From an uncultured delta proteobacterium (GTDB lineage Bacteria; Desulfobacterota; Binatia; UBA9968), in NCBI GenBank assembly GCA_963755715.1, contig CAVWLW010000010.1:1-56146 (forward strand): DNA of 56,146 nucleotides. The letters run 5' to 3'. Positions 27,904 through 43,951 of the stretch are shown here, in pieces (positions within the stretch are counted from its first letter, which is position 1; the number at the start of each line of letters is the position of its first letter). The position numbers and the translations under genes were made by a program. The notes under the pieces are model-generated. The model did no database searches and was not told where the DNA came from. It worked only from the letters and a program-made list of their open reading frames with translations.

Positions 27904-30900
27904 ATGAACGGCAAATCCATCCCGTCCGAGTATCCGCGGACTTCGACTTTTGCCTCCCGGCTTCGCGCCTTCGCCACCAAGGTCCGCCTCAAAGTCTGGC
28001 TTGCATGGATCGGTGCTTTTCTCGTCGTTTGTCTTGCTGTTTTTATCGAGTTCCAGACCTCGATCCTGCAATCGTGGATTTTCACCAGCACCAACCAACG
28101 CTTGTCTTTCACCTTGAAGGACGGCCCGAGCAAGGAAATCGCCTTCCCGCGCGCCGGCCCGTTCGACGAACGGCGCGGCTATTCCAAGCTGCCATTTTTT
28201 CAATCCCGGCTGACCGCGCAGAACTATCGGGTGACTCAACAGGTGCAGCAATCAGAGACCATGCTAACGCTTTTCGAGCATGGCATTTCTCCGCCCTATC
28301 CTGAACGCCCCGACACCGGTCTCGAAATCCGCGGCGTCGATGGCACGCCGCTGTTTCGCTACGGCCAGTCAGAATTTCTCTTTGGCAAGATCGACGACAT
28401 CCCGCCGCTGCTGGTAAAAACCCTGCTTTTTTTGGAAAATCGCGATCTCGATCATCCGGCGACGCCCTGGCAAAACCCGGTGATCGAGTGGGATCGCACG
28501 CTTAAGGCCGTGCTGATGTATGTCGGCGCCAAGCTTCATCTGCCGGTGCCGGTGCAGGGCGGCAGCACCCTGGCCGTGCAGCTCGAAAAATTTCGCCACT
28601 CGCCCAACGGCCGCACCGACACACCCCTCGAGAAGCTGCGCCAGATAGTCGGCGCCAGCCTCAAAGCCTACCGCGCCGGCCCCAATACCCGCGCCTGGCG
28701 CGAGCGCATCATCGTCGATTATCTCAATACCGTGCCGCTGGCCGCAGCGCCCGGTTACGGCGAGATTCACGGTCTTGGCGAAGCTCTCTTCGCCTGGTTC
28801 GGCATGCGCCTCGATCAGGCGGCGGCCGCCTTGAACGAGCCGGGTCGGACTCCGGCGAAGGTGCGCGCCTTCAAATATATTTTGACGCTGCTCATCTCGG
28901 TGCGCGCGCCGTCGGTCTTTCTGGTCGATGAGCGCGATTCGTTGGAAGAAAAAGTCGACCAATTCACGCGCCTGATGGCGCGCGCCGGCCTGATCGATTG
29001 GGAGTTGGCGGCGCAAGTGCAAGATATGCCGATCCGCTTTCTACCCGCCGCGCCGCTGCCGCCGCAACCATCGTCAAGCAGAAACAAAGCGGCCAACGCG
29101 ATCCGCACCAATATGATGGACGCGCTCGGCGTCACCAATCTTTACGATCTCAACCGGCTGCACTTGCAAGTCGACAGCACCTTCGATGTCTCGCTGCAAA
29201 AACAGGTGACCGAGTTTTTAAACCGTCTCGCCGACCCGAATTTCATTAAAGCGCACGGACTGAACGGCGAACGGCTCTTGGAGAACGCGGATCCGGCCAA
29301 AGTGATTTATTCTTTCCTGCTGCTTGAAGCGACTCCGAGTGGCAATCTGATACGCGTCCAGGCGGATAATTTTGCCGCGCCCTTCGATTTCAACAAGAGC
29401 GTGAAATTGGAGTTGGGCAGCACGGCCAAACTTCGCACTCTCACCCACTATCTGGAAGTGATGGCCGCTCTTTACGGCGAGCTCGCAGGACTGGACAACA
29501 AGCAGCTCGGCCAGAGAGCCCAATCGGCGCGCGATCCGTTGACCAAGTGGGCAATCGAAACAGTTCGCAACGAAAAATTGCCCGACTTGCAGTCGTTCCT
29601 CGATCTCGCCATGGAGCGGCGTTACTCGGCAAGTCCGTATGAAGAATTCTTTACCGGGGGGGGACTGCATCACTTCGACAACTTCGAGAAGGAAGATAAT
29701 GCGCGGATCTTACCGCTGCGCGATGCCTTTCGTAATTCAGTCAATTTGGTGTTCATCCGTTTGATGCGCGATCTCGTGAGCTACCATAGAGCCCGCCTAC
29801 CCTACGACTACGAGAATGTACTGGAAAATCCGACTAACCCGGTGCGCATGAAAATGCTTGAGGAAATCGCCGAAGAAGAATCGCGCCAGGCGCTGCGCCG
29901 GGCTTATCAGAACTACGCCAAGCAAACGCCCGAGCAGATCGTTGGCCGTTTAGTGGGCGCGAAGAAAAATCCCGCGCGCCGGGCGACCATATTATTTTTC
30001 GCCTGGCGCATCGGCAAGAGCGAGAGCGATCTTGAGGCGTGGCTCAAAAAAAATCAGGTTCCAACCAAAGACGTAGATATCGTCAAGCTATTTCATGCCT
30101 ACGACAATCCGCGCTTGACTGTAACCGATTACGCCTATCTGCTGGCGCTCCATCCGCTCGATCTCTGGTGCGCTAGCGAGTTTCGTAACGATCCGAATCT
30201 TTCCTGGGAAAAACTTTGGGCTCAGAGCGGCGACGCGCGCCGCATGGGTTCAGCCTGGCTGCTCAGCGGCCGCAACCGGCGCGCTCAGGATCTGCGTGTG
30301 CGCATCCGCATGGAAAAAGACGCCTTCAGCCGCATGACGCCCTATTGGCAAAAACTCGGATTTCCTTTCAAAACTATGGTGCCGAGCTACGCCACGGCCA
30401 TCGGCAGCTCTTCGGATCGGCCGGTCGCGCTGGCGGAACTGGTGGGTATCCTGATCAACGACGGCATGCGCCGTTCTTCGGTGAGTCTGGCGACTATACA
30501 TTTCGCCGGCGGCACACCGTACGAAACACGGCTCGAGCGCGCCCCCGAGAAGGCTGAGCGTGTGCTCGCCCCAGAAATCGCTCGGACCATGCGCAAAGCC
30601 ATGGCTGATGTCGTCGACCAAGGAACCGCGCGGCGCCTAAGCGGTGTTTTTAAATTATCGAATGGTAAGCCCCTCCAGGTCGGCGGCAAAACGGGCTCGG
30701 GCGATAATCGTTTTATGACGTTCAGCCGCTCCGGCGCCGTCACCAGTTCCCACGCGACCAACCGAACGGCCACGTTCGTCTTTTACATCGGCGAGCGCTA
30801 CTTCGGCGTCATCACCGCCTTTGTCCAAGGCCGGGAAGCGGAAAACTATCACTTTACCAGCTCTTTGCCGGTGACACTGTTGAAGATGCTAGCGCCTACC

Positions 30901-31035
30901 TTGTCGGCGAAATTGGCCGATCACGGCGCGCAGCCGGCGGCCAAAGAAACTTCCGCGGCGTTAAAATCGCCGCCGAATGTTTCTTCGACCACGGGAAATT
31001 TTCTCGCCGCAGCCGTTCATCAAAGCGCCAGATAG
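27904..31035 (+). CDS. large atypical GT51 transglycosylase / penicillin-binding protein
   Basis: N-terminal TM helix; LLFLENR and QGGSTLAVQLEK (GT51-like); YLN; transpeptidase-like STAK, SVN and KTG. Confidence 0.85.
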   Translation: MNGKSIPSEYPRTSTFASRLRAFATKVRLKVWLAWIGAFLVVCLAVFIEFQTSILQSWIFTSTNQRLSFTLKDGPSKEIAFPRAGPFDERRGYSKLPFFQSRLTAQNYRVTQQVQQSETMLTLFEHGISPPYPERPDTGLEIRGVDGTPLFRYGQSEFLFGKIDDIPPLLVKTLLFLENRDLDHPATPWQNPVIEWDRTLKAVLMYVGAKLHLPVPVQGGSTLAVQLEKFRHSPNGRTDTPLEKLRQIVGASLKAYRAGPNTRAWRERIIVDYLNTVPLAAAPGYGEIHGLGEALFAWFGMRLDQAAAALNEPGRTPAKVRAFKYILTLLISVRAPSVFLVDERDSLEEKVDQFTRLMARAGLIDWELAAQVQDMPIRFLPAAPLPPQPSSSRNKAANAIRTNMMDALGVTNLYDLNRLHLQVDSTFDVSLQKQVTEFLNRLADPNFIKAHGLNGERLLENADPAKVIYSFLLLEATPSGNLIRVQADNFAAPFDFNKSVKLELGSTAKLRTLTHYLEVMAALYGELAGLDNKQLGQRAQSARDPLTKWAIETVRNEKLPDLQSFLDLAMERRYSASPYEEFFTGGGLHHFDNFEKEDNARILPLRDAFRNSVNLVFIRLMRDLVSYHRARLPYDYENVLENPTNPVRMKMLEEIAEEESRQALRRAYQNYAKQTPEQIVGRLVGAKKNPARRATILFFAWRIGKSESDLEAWLKKNQVPTKDVDIVKLFHAYDNPRLTVTDYAYLLALHPLDLWCASEFRNDPNLSWEKLWAQSGDARRMGSAWLLSGRNRRAQDLRVRIRMEKDAFSRMTPYWQKLGFPFKTMVPSYATAIGSSSDRPVALAELVGILINDGMRRSSVSLATIHFAGGTPYETRLERAPEKAERVLAPEIARTMRKAMADVVDQGTARRLSGVFKLSNGKPLQVGGKTGSGDNRFMTFSRSGAVTSSHATNRTATFVFYIGERYFGVITAFVQGREAENYHFTSSLPVTLLKMLAPTLSAKLADHGAQPAAKETSAALKSPPNVSSTTGNFLAAAVHQSAR

Positions 31036-31156
31036 CCGCCGCACCGGAATAGGTGCGAAATCCCGCCCGAGCGCGATCAGCGTGAGTCCGAACGAGAAAC
31101 GAATCCAGTGCCGGCTCAACCTGTTCAAGCCTTCTATCGAGCAATTTCTCGAGCGA

Positions 31157-31843
31157 TCACGTGCCGCGCCGATTGCCAAATAGCTCGATGTGCAGGCGCG
31201 GCGTAAAGCCGTAGCCGTTCTGCTTGCAGAGCTCGACCAGCCATTTGGCCTTTGCCGTGAGCGCGCGCCGCGTCGTGCCCTCGGGCATGATTAAGACGCG
31301 CGATCGATCGACCTTTTTCAAGGCGGCGAGAATCCGCTCGATTTCGTCGAAGTCGGCCCTTTGCGCGACGACGAATTTCAGCTGATAGTCGTAATTGTCG
31401 ACGTAGCTTTGGATGACGGAAAAATTCAGGCGCTGCGCCTCGTGACGCGGCGCGAATTTGCCCGCAGCTCTTTTCCACGGCGTGGAATTGGCGAGCTTGG
31501 GACTCAAGGAAAACAAATCACAAGGCACGGCCCGGTAAATCGTCGCCGCGGTTTCGATCGTGATATGCCGGCCGGCGGCTTTGAGCTTGGCGGCTAGTTC
31601 AGCGAGCTCGGGCGCCAACAGCGGCTCGCCGCCGGTAATCACAACGTGGCGCGCCGGATACTTTTCGACCTCGCGAATTATCTTTTCGATGGGGTACGAT
31701 CGGCCTTCCGGTTGCCAGGAAGTATAAGGCGTATCGCACCAGACACAGCGGAGATTACAGCCCGAGGTTCGGATAAACACGGACGGCAGGCCGATCAACC
31801 GGCCTTCGCCTTGGAGCGAATAAAAAATTTCGCTGATCCGCAC
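31157..31843 (-). CDS. queE: 7-carboxy-7-deazaguanine synthase (radical SAM)
   Basis: EIFYSLQGEG, FIRTSGCNLRCVWCDT (CxxxCxxC), TGGEP, IET, SLSPK, PRLH. Confidence 0.93.
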   Translation of the reverse strand: MRISEIFYSLQGEGRLIGLPSVFIRTSGCNLRCVWCDTPYTSWQPEGRSYPIEKIIREVEKYPARHVVITGGEPLLAPELAELAAKLKAAGRHITIETAATIYRAVPCDLFSLSPKLANSTPWKRAAGKFAPRHEAQRLNFSVIQSYVDNYDYQLKFVVAQRADFDEIERILAALKKVDRSRVLIMPEGTTRRALTAKAKWLVELCKQNGYGFTPRLHIELFGNRRGT

Positions 31844-31962
31844 CGAAATAACTTAGCAAAGCGTCGCGCCGCCTGAAAGGCGCGATCAAACTTGCATCGA
31901 AGGCGGCGTATGATAAACCTTAAAGGTTGGCGCGTCGAGAAAATGACTCCCGTATAGGCGGG

Positions 31963-32219
31963 ATGAAGAGACCAATTCCAACGATGGCGGACAAGGCGGC
32001 TTTGATGGCCGAGGAGCGCAAGTTGCGCCGGCTCGGTCGGGCGATGGATATCGCAGCGGCGCTGCTTTGGCGGGTCGATCTGACCCTCGAAGAAGCGCAG
32101 GATGTCGTCAACCACGCCAAACATACCGCGCTGCAACTTTTTCCCGACAAAGAAGAAACTTTTGATCTGATCTACGGCTCGCGCTTCCGCCGTATTCTAG
32201 TGGAAAAGTATCGCTTGCA

Positions 32220-32223
<4 letters not shown>
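31963..32223 (+). CDS. small helical hypothetical protein, translationally coupled to uvrA
   Basis: EERKLRRL...DLTLEEA...LFPDKEETFDLIYG.RF. Its stop overlaps the uvrA ATG (ATGA). Confidence 0.75.
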
Positions 32224-37955
<5,732 letters not shown>

Positions 37956-37956
37956 C

Positions 37957-38349
37957 TTGGCTGCCAGACTCTTTAATATGCTTCGATTAGGGATCCGGTT
38001 GCGCTGTCCGCGCTGCGGCGTCGGACGGCTGTATGCCAAACCTTTTCGCATGTTGTCGCACTGTCCGCACTGCGCTTTAAAGTACGAACGCGAGCAGGGC
38101 TACTTCATCGGCGCGATGTACATCAACTATGCCGCGACGGTGGCGATCGCAGTTCCTGGATATTTGCTCTTGGATGTCTTCGCGAGCCTGACCATCAACC
38201 AGCAACTCGCCCTCTGGGTGCCGTTTGCGGTGATTTTCCCGCTGCTGTTTTTTCACCACGCGCGAAGTCTCTGGCTCGTGCTCGATCATTTTTTCGACCC
38301 AGCCGCCAACCTCTATGCCACCCCGCCCAAGAAAACGACGGACGGTTAA
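37957..38349 (+). CDS. DUF983-like zinc-ribbon membrane protein
   Basis: RCPRCG..L...CPHC..YERE.GYF.GAMY followed by two TM helices and RSLW..LD. Confidence 0.75.
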   Translation: MAARLFNMLRLGIRLRCPRCGVGRLYAKPFRMLSHCPHCALKYEREQGYFIGAMYINYAATVAIAVPGYLLLDVFASLTINQQLALWVPFAVIFPLLFFHHARSLWLVLDHFFDPAANLYATPPKKTTDG

Positions 38350-38414
38350 CCGTCCCGGTGCGACTCACGCTTAGTTTACGACAACGAGCAGTCCTGCCCG
38401 GACAATCAATCTGT

Positions 38415-39419
38415 TTACTTGCGACGGTGGTCCAGTGGCGTGGTGCCGGTCCAGCGCTTGAAGGCTCTGCTGAATGCGCTGACTTCCGAATAACCCAACA
38501 GAAAGGCAATCTCCGTCTGCGTGTTTTCGGAATCTTTCAAGTACTCGACGGCAAGCCGTCGACGCGTGTCGTCGACCAGCGCTTTAAATTCAAGACCACC
38601 CTCCTTGAGTCGTCGCTGCAACGTGCGCGGGCTTAGCGCCAGTCCTTTCGCCACGCGCGTCAGTTTAGGGTTGCCATCTTTCATCAACTCCGCGATCGTC
38701 TTGCGAATCGAAGCCGACAACCCGTCTTCTCTCGGCGCGCGACTCAACACGTCATCCAGGTAGTGGCCCAAGATTTTGAACAAGTTTGGGTCAGCGGCGG
38801 GGATCGGTTGCGCGCAAAATTCACGGTCCATTACCAGAGAGTTGTCGGCGCAATTGAAAACCACCGGCGCGTTGAAAATTCTCACGTGCTCCGTGGTTTG
38901 CTCCGGCGTCTTGTGCGCAAAGTGAACTTCACGCGGAGCCCACTGGCTTCCCACCATGATACGGAGCGTGTTGAGAGTAACAGCCATGCTGTATTCATTG
39001 AACTGACGGGATTCCTCTAGACCTAAATTAGACAGCGTAAACCGCAAATACGCCAGGTTATCTTCGATGCTGAAGGTGACCTGAGCCGCTTCGTTATGGA
39101 CGTGCAGATAACGTCCCGCGGTTTCAAAAGCCGCGGCGATCGTCGGCGAGTTCAACACCGCATAAGCGAGCGGTCCAATTTTTTTCGGATTGGCGCGCTC
39201 GCCGAAATGCAATCCGAAGCAACTGTCGGAGGTCAGCCTAGCGGCCTCTTCCAACGCGCGCGCATACACGGCACAAGGCAAAAAACCGTCCGCATTCGAA
39301 ACAAGCGAATTGTCCAAACCGACATTGCGTAGGACGACTTCGGGGTCGGCGCCTGCCGATCGAATGGCACCCAGCAAACCCGTCGCCACTGTCGCGGCGA
39401 TCATCGGTCGTGCGCGCAT
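38415..39419 (-). CDS. AraC-family transcriptional regulator (OruR-like N-terminal domain)
   Basis: FGLHFG...GPL.YA..SPT, SPRTLQRRLK, IAFLLGYSEVSAFSRAFKRWTG. Confidence 0.92.
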   Translation of the reverse strand: MRARPMIAATVATGLLGAIRSAGADPEVVLRNVGLDNSLVSNADGFLPCAVYARALEEAARLTSDSCFGLHFGERANPKKIGPLAYAVLNSPTIAAAFETAGRYLHVHNEAAQVTFSIEDNLAYLRFTLSNLGLEESRQFNEYSMAVTLNTLRIMVGSQWAPREVHFAHKTPEQTTEHVRIFNAPVVFNCADNSLVMDREFCAQPIPAADPNLFKILGHYLDDVLSRAPREDGLSASIRKTIAELMKDGNPKLTRVAKGLALSPRTLQRRLKEGGLEFKALVDDTRRRLAVEYLKDSENTQTEIAFLLGYSEVSAFSRAFKRWTGTTPLDHRRK

Positions 39420-39451
39420 GGATTAAAGCCCTAAATTTCTTTGCCGCATCA

Positions 39452-39487
39452 TGCGCCAGCTGTCAAACGACTGTCGCCGAATGTCAA
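39452..39487 (+). promoter_or_regulatory. tandem direct repeat, probable AraC operator
   Basis: CGCCAGCTGTCAA and CGCCGAATGTCAA, with TGTCAA repeated at a 21-bp period, in the divergent intergenic region. Confidence 0.5.
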
Positions 39488-39531
39488 GAAAAGTCGCGCG
39501 ACCCGACTTACTGTTTCGCACGGAGGTCGTT

Positions 39532-39918
39532 ATGGATCTACAGCTCAAATTATTCCGCTTGCATACCGCGGGTACTTATTTCTTCATGATCGCGCAGGGA
39601 ATCATGGACGTTGAGGGGATCAAAGCCCTTTTTCACGAGATCGCCAAGGGCACACAGTCACTTTTGTACTGCAAAGTTTTGGTGGATTTGGTCGATGCCA
39701 CGGTGAGACTCGATGTTGCCGCAGTAGCCGATTTTCTCGAGAGCCTCGAGCACAACCCCTGGCAATCAGGTAATACGGTTGCCTTGATCGTTCCACCTCA
39801 TTTGCCGGAACTGCCGATGCTCGTCCAACTGAGAGCTGATTTTGCCCGCCGCGGCTTAAAAATTGCCGCTTTCACCACCGCAAAAGCGGCAATCGATTGG
39901 CTGGACTGCCAAACTTAA
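39532..39918 (+). CDS. hypothetical protein, possibly STAS/SpoIIAA-like
   Basis: GGAGG RBS; KVLVDL, VALIVP and AAFTTAKAAIDWL C-terminal pattern. Confidence 0.6.
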   Translation: MDLQLKLFRLHTAGTYFFMIAQGIMDVEGIKALFHEIAKGTQSLLYCKVLVDLVDATVRLDVAAVADFLESLEHNPWQSGNTVALIVPPHLPELPMLVQLRADFARRGLKIAAFTTAKAAIDWLDCQT

Positions 39919-40005
39919 TGTTTCTGGCGGCTCCGTGTCCGCCTTTTTATCTTGGCTAATTTGCCGAGCCACTCTCTTCTATTGCGGCCCGTTTGAAATC
40001 TAGAA

Positions 40006-40299
40006 TTAACGTTCTCTCGTTGCCCGGACCATCTGGTTCGCATCCTCATTCCTGACCTCGAAGTAAGTCACTATTTGGTCGCCGACGTTACCAGTCTGGT
40101 CGCAAATGGTAATCCGGGAAAGAGCAATCCAAAAGGCAGTGGCCGCTGGATCGTCTAAAATTCGGTAAATCGCTCCCGAGCGCATGACAAGCAGATCTCG
40201 ATCGACAGTATCCAGAGCGTCTTCCCAACAAGCGCCCTGCGATACACTACTCAGAAACAAGAGCAAAAGAACGGCAAGAAAAAAATGCGAAAGTCTCAT
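40006..40299 (-). CDS. small secreted hypothetical protein
   Basis: Signal peptide MRLSHFFLAVLLLLFLSSVSQGA followed by a beta-rich domain with two Cys. Confidence 0.65.
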   Translation of the reverse strand: MRLSHFFLAVLLLLFLSSVSQGACWEDALDTVDRDLLVMRSGAIYRILDDPAATAFWIALSRITICDQTGNVGDQIVTYFEVRNEDANQMVRATRER

Positions 40300-40496
40300 A
40301 CGACGGCACCCTTTCTGTCTACCGTTTGCTGTAAAAATGGAGACATTTTCCCTTTCGGCACAAGGGTTTCGCCTCAGAAGCCAATTATTCGTCTGTCACG
40401 GTACGTCGCGGAAAATCAGACTTTTCTACGGCCTTTGACACGATCCTCATTTCCAATTGCGCTGCGATTTTTCTAGCTAAGATTTGGCAACTTGGA

Positions 40497-40516
40497 TATT
40501 GGACCTTGGTCCAATA
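40497..40516. promoter_or_regulatory. palindromic operator TATTGGACCTTGGTCCAATA
   Basis: Near-perfect palindrome with a second copy at 46893-46912. Confidence 0.65.
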
Positions 40517-40752
40517 GGGAAAGGAGCCAATCCACGTCGGACCGACCCAGAACCAAGCCTAAGAAGCAACAGGAAACGCCAATTGGACACAGTCTCAATT
40601 AAACCTGAGGAGCGCCCGGATGCGAGCCCCGGAAAATTTAATTCGATCTTCACACTGAAGAGGATTTTCGCAACACTCAGTCCGTTCGATCGCGATCGGC
40701 CTGTAGTTTCTGGGACTCAACCAGCAAGTCTCGACGTGCGTAGTCCAACAGG

Positions 40753-43700
40753 TTGAGTTTGCTGTGGTGCGGTCGTACTATCGCGCCTGTTGTGGACTAC
40801 TTACACTCCAGCGCGATCCGGAACGGCGTTCGTCGAATCTTATATTATTTGGGTCTTTATGCGGTCTGCGCAATGGTTTGCCTGACCGTAACAACCGACA
40901 TACACGGCGCCGATAACAGTAGATCCAAACGCGTGTTGATCGTTTCGACCGGAAGTAACTTCGCGCCCGGCTTCACCCACGCCGCAGAGACTGTGGCAGA
41001 TACCCTGCGCCAACTCGAATCGGGTCCGCTGGAGCTTTATTCCGAATCCCTGGACATCGTGCGCTTTCCCAGCGGCAGTTATAGCCGGCTGTTTCGTAAC
41101 TATCTTGGCGAAAAATATATCGACTACCCTCTCGATCTCATTCTTTTGATTTACGTCGGCAATTTGGGTCTCGCGGAAAAGCTGCTCAAAGAACTGTTTC
41201 CCGGAGTTCCGATTGTCGTTATCGGTTTGACCGAAGAGGAAATTTCCCCTGGTCAGCTAGGCACTCACCTCACCGGTTTAGCCCAGCGTTCCGATCCGCG
41301 CGGGACCATCGAGTTGGTGCTTCGTTTGCAGCCGGAAACGCGCCGCATCGTCGTGATCGGCGGGACGGCGGAAGTGGATACTGCAGGTGACCAGTCGCGC
41401 GCGCGAGGCGGCACGCTCGTTGACCCGTCGAATCGAATTCGACTTCTGGACGAACCGTCCGATGAGCGAGATGACCCAGGCCGTCAGATCGCTGCCGCCA
41501 CAAACGGCGATTTTGTTTACCAGAATGTTTCGGGACGGAGCCGGCCAAGCTTTCAATTCCGCGCAGGCTGTGAAGTTGATCGCCGAATCGGCTAATGCTC
41601 CGGTGTATATCATGACAGACACGCTGTTGGGTTCCGGGGCCGTCGGTGGATCTGTGGTGGATGTTGCGGCTTTGGCACGGCGAGCGGGCGAATTGGCCCA
41701 CGTGTTCTAAGCGGTGTGGCGCCAAAGTCATTGCCCTTCGAAATCCGCACGGACGGGGTGCCGATGTTCGATTGGCAAGCCTTGAAGCGATGGGGCATCA
41801 GCGAAGCCCGACTGCCGCCCGGCAGCATGATTAGAAATCGTCCCCGATCCGTGTGGGCGCAATACCAATGGTACATTGTCGGCGCTCTCATCATCATCGA
41901 CGATACAAGCGACAATGATCGTTGACTTGCTGGTGCAACGCGCACGCCGGCGACGTGCTGAGAGCAAGCAACGGGAGACTCAGGAAATCATGGAGCTGGC
42001 GGCGAGCGCCGGGGAGTTGGGCCTTTGGATGCGCGACCCGAAGGGCGGCGATTTTTGGGCCAATCCGCAATTTCGTTCGCTGTTGGGTCCCGACACAAAT
42101 GATGCTCTCAGGTTTGAAGACGTCGTCAAACACATCCATCCCGACGACCGAGCGCGTATGGCTGCTGAGATTGAGCGCGCGGAACAAATTGGCCTTCCCT
42201 TTGAAGGAGAGTTTCGCGTGATTTTACTCGACGGCCGGGAGCGATGGATCGCGACAAGGGGCCGGAACGTCAATGACCCACATGGCCGCGGCGGGCGGAG
42301 GATGGGCGTGGTGTTGGACATTACGGAGCGCAAACGGGCCGAAGAAGAGCTCAAGCAGAGTGAAAACCAAGTCCGCTTGTTTGTCGAACATACGCCGGCG
42401 TCGGTAGCCATGTTTGACCGGGAGATGCGCTACATCTTGACAAGCCGCCGCTGGCTTAAAGATTACAAATTGGGTGAGCAGAACATTATCGGTCGCAGCC
42501 ATTACGAAGTATTTCCGGAGATTACAGAGCGGTGGAAGGAGATTCACCGGCGCTGCTTAGGCGGAGCCGTGGAAACCTGTGAGCAAGATCCCTTCCCTCG
42601 ACTCGATGGGAGCGTGGACTGGGTTCGTTGGGAGGTCCGACCCTGGTACGCCACGAGCGGCGAGATCGGCGGTATTATCATGTTCACCGAAGTCATCACC
42701 GACCGCAAGCGCGCCGAAGAATCGCTGCGCGAGAGCGAGGATCGCTTTCGCACCATGGCCAACACGGCGCCGGTGATGATCTGGATGTCAGGTGAAGACA
42801 AACTCTGTAATTTCTTCAACAAGGGCTGGCTCGACTTTACCGGCCGTACGCTGGCTCAAGAATTGGGCAATGGGTGGGCAGAGGGTGTCCACCGCGAGGA
42901 CCTCGATCATTGTCTTGAAGTGTATGTTAACTCTTTCGACGCGCGCCAGGAGTTTACAGTCGAATACCGCCTGCGGAGACTTGACGGAGAATATCGCTGG
43001 CTGGTTGACACGGGGGTGCCGCGCTTTGCGCCGGACGGAAAGTTTCTTGGCTACATCGGTTGTGCAACTGACATCACCGAGCGCAAGCGGACGGAACTAG
43101 AAGTGGTGCAACAACGCGCCGAACTGGCTCATATCGCTCGCGTGTCCACGATGGGCGAACTCGCGGCGTCACTGGCGCACGAGCTGAATCAGCCTCTCAC
43201 GGCGATACTGAGCAACGCTCAGGCGGCGCAGCGATTCCTGGCTGCGAATCCGGCGGATATTGAAGAGGTGCGCGAGATTCTGGCGGATATTGTTCAGGAT
43301 AACAGCCGCGCGGGCGATGTGATCTACCGCATGCGCGCGCTGGTCAAAAAAGAAACTCTTCAGTTTGCGTCGCTTGATTTGTCCAACGTGGTTGGTGATG
43401 TGGCGTTCCTGCTGCGCAGCGACGCTATATTACACAACATCCGCGTCGTGCTTGAAATCAATCCCGACCTGGCGCCGGTTCACGGCGACCGGGTGCAGTT
43501 GCAGCAGGTCTTGTTGAACCTGCTGCTCAACGCCTTTGACGCCATGAAGGATTGCCCGGTCGACAAGCGCAAGATCACGGTGCGGGTGGAACAGGACGAC
43601 GCGCGTTTATTGAGTGTGGCCGTGCGTGACAAAGGCGTCGGCGTAAGTGAAGATCGGCTCGACAAAATTTTTCAGCCGTTCTACACGACCAAGCGAGATG

Positions 43701-43855
43701 GTATGGGGATGGGACTCTCCATCAGCCGCTCCATCATCGAGGCGCATGGGGGACATCTCTGGGCAAGGAATAACGCCGATCGCGGCGCGACCTTTTACTT
43801 TACGCTGCCGACTTCGCTTGTCAGTCATAGTTCGCTGACGGCCGCGGCACCGTGA
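40753..43855 (+). CDS. sensor histidine kinase: periplasmic SBP-like domain, TM, three PAS/PAC, HisKA, HATPase (frameshifts near 41385, 41705, 41895)
   Basis: ORFs 40753, 41387, 41716 and 41876 join. LQPETRRIVVIGG, LGSGAVGG, FDWQALKRWGI; MGELAASLAHELNQPL, QVLLNLLLNA, GMGMGLSI. Confidence 0.88.
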
Positions 43856-43951
43856 ACATCCGGTTAAATCCTTTCAAAATCACCGCTTCCGGCTTGCCAT
43901 TTTACATGGTCTTGGTTAGGATCTGACCTCATCCGTTGACTTTGCTGTGAA

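Noticed and set aside
25783-31843. Dpd (7-deazaguanine) or Dnd DNA-modification island
   Set aside because: No DpdA/TGT-like, queC/queD/folE or dndCDE genes are present. queE is 4 kb away, separated by unrelated genes, and could simply serve tRNA queuosine synthesis.
40340-40400. c-di-GMP-I riboswitch-like GGCGAAACCC...GAAAGGG on the minus strand
   Set aside because: It lacks the second stem and the GCAAAGC junction.
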